Assembly: GCF_009914755.1 (NCBI RefSeq)
Contig: NC_060927.1
Direction: 5' to 3' (one strand)
DNA from: the human T2T-CHM13v2.0 reference genome, Homo sapiens
Length of the DNA stretch: 64,000 nucleotides
The notes under the pieces are model-generated. The model worked only from the letters and a program-made list of their open reading frames with translations, did not search any database and was not told where the DNA came from. Shown piece after piece: positions 63,735 through 64,000 of the stretch. How positions within the stretch are numbered: position 1 is the stretch's first letter; each line of letters begins with the position of its first letter. The position numbers were made by a program, and so were the translations under genes.

Positions 63735-64000
63735 ATGTCTAGGTGGGAACACAAGCTAAGGACCCAGTCTTCAAATTCCAGGACCTCTTGGATCATCCAC
63801 ATACACAACCTGACTCTCATTCACAGAAGCACTTTTCATGAAAACATTATATTACAATGATTTAAACACCCTTCTCCAAATTAGTTAACTTGCTTTACTT
63901 CAGATTAGCTAGTTTAAAGAGAACATAATTGATTAGTGAAAAAAACCAACTTGACTAATGAGTGAGCTCTGGGAATAGGTTTCTGGGTACCCAAGAAGCA

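Overview
Primate (human-like) euchromatic DNA, AT-rich and dense in Alu, L1, L2, MIR, MaLR/ERV LTRs and MER DNA transposons. No complete protein-coding gene lies in the window. (1) 1-5.3 kb is the 3' end of an unidentified + strand gene: a terminal exon at 3940, a ~1.3-kb 3'UTR rich in miRNA seed matches, and a poly(A) signal at 5284. Two further acceptor-ATG mini-exons at 42 and 583 could supply alternative C-termini. (2) A CpG-island promoter at ~26.0-26.7 kb has a strong minus-strand first-exon donor. Candidate downstream exons carry single in-frame stops and run toward the first gene, which suggests a convergent lncRNA or a decayed (unitary pseudo)gene. (3) 27-64 kb looks intergenic or intronic, with an L1PA 3' fragment, a U13 snoRNA retrocopy, a palindromic AT-rich minisatellite and many repeats. 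Nearly all ORFs in the supplied track are Alu/L1-derived or chance. Repeat families were assigned by eye from remembered consensus sequences, so boundaries are approximate unless a TSD is quoted.
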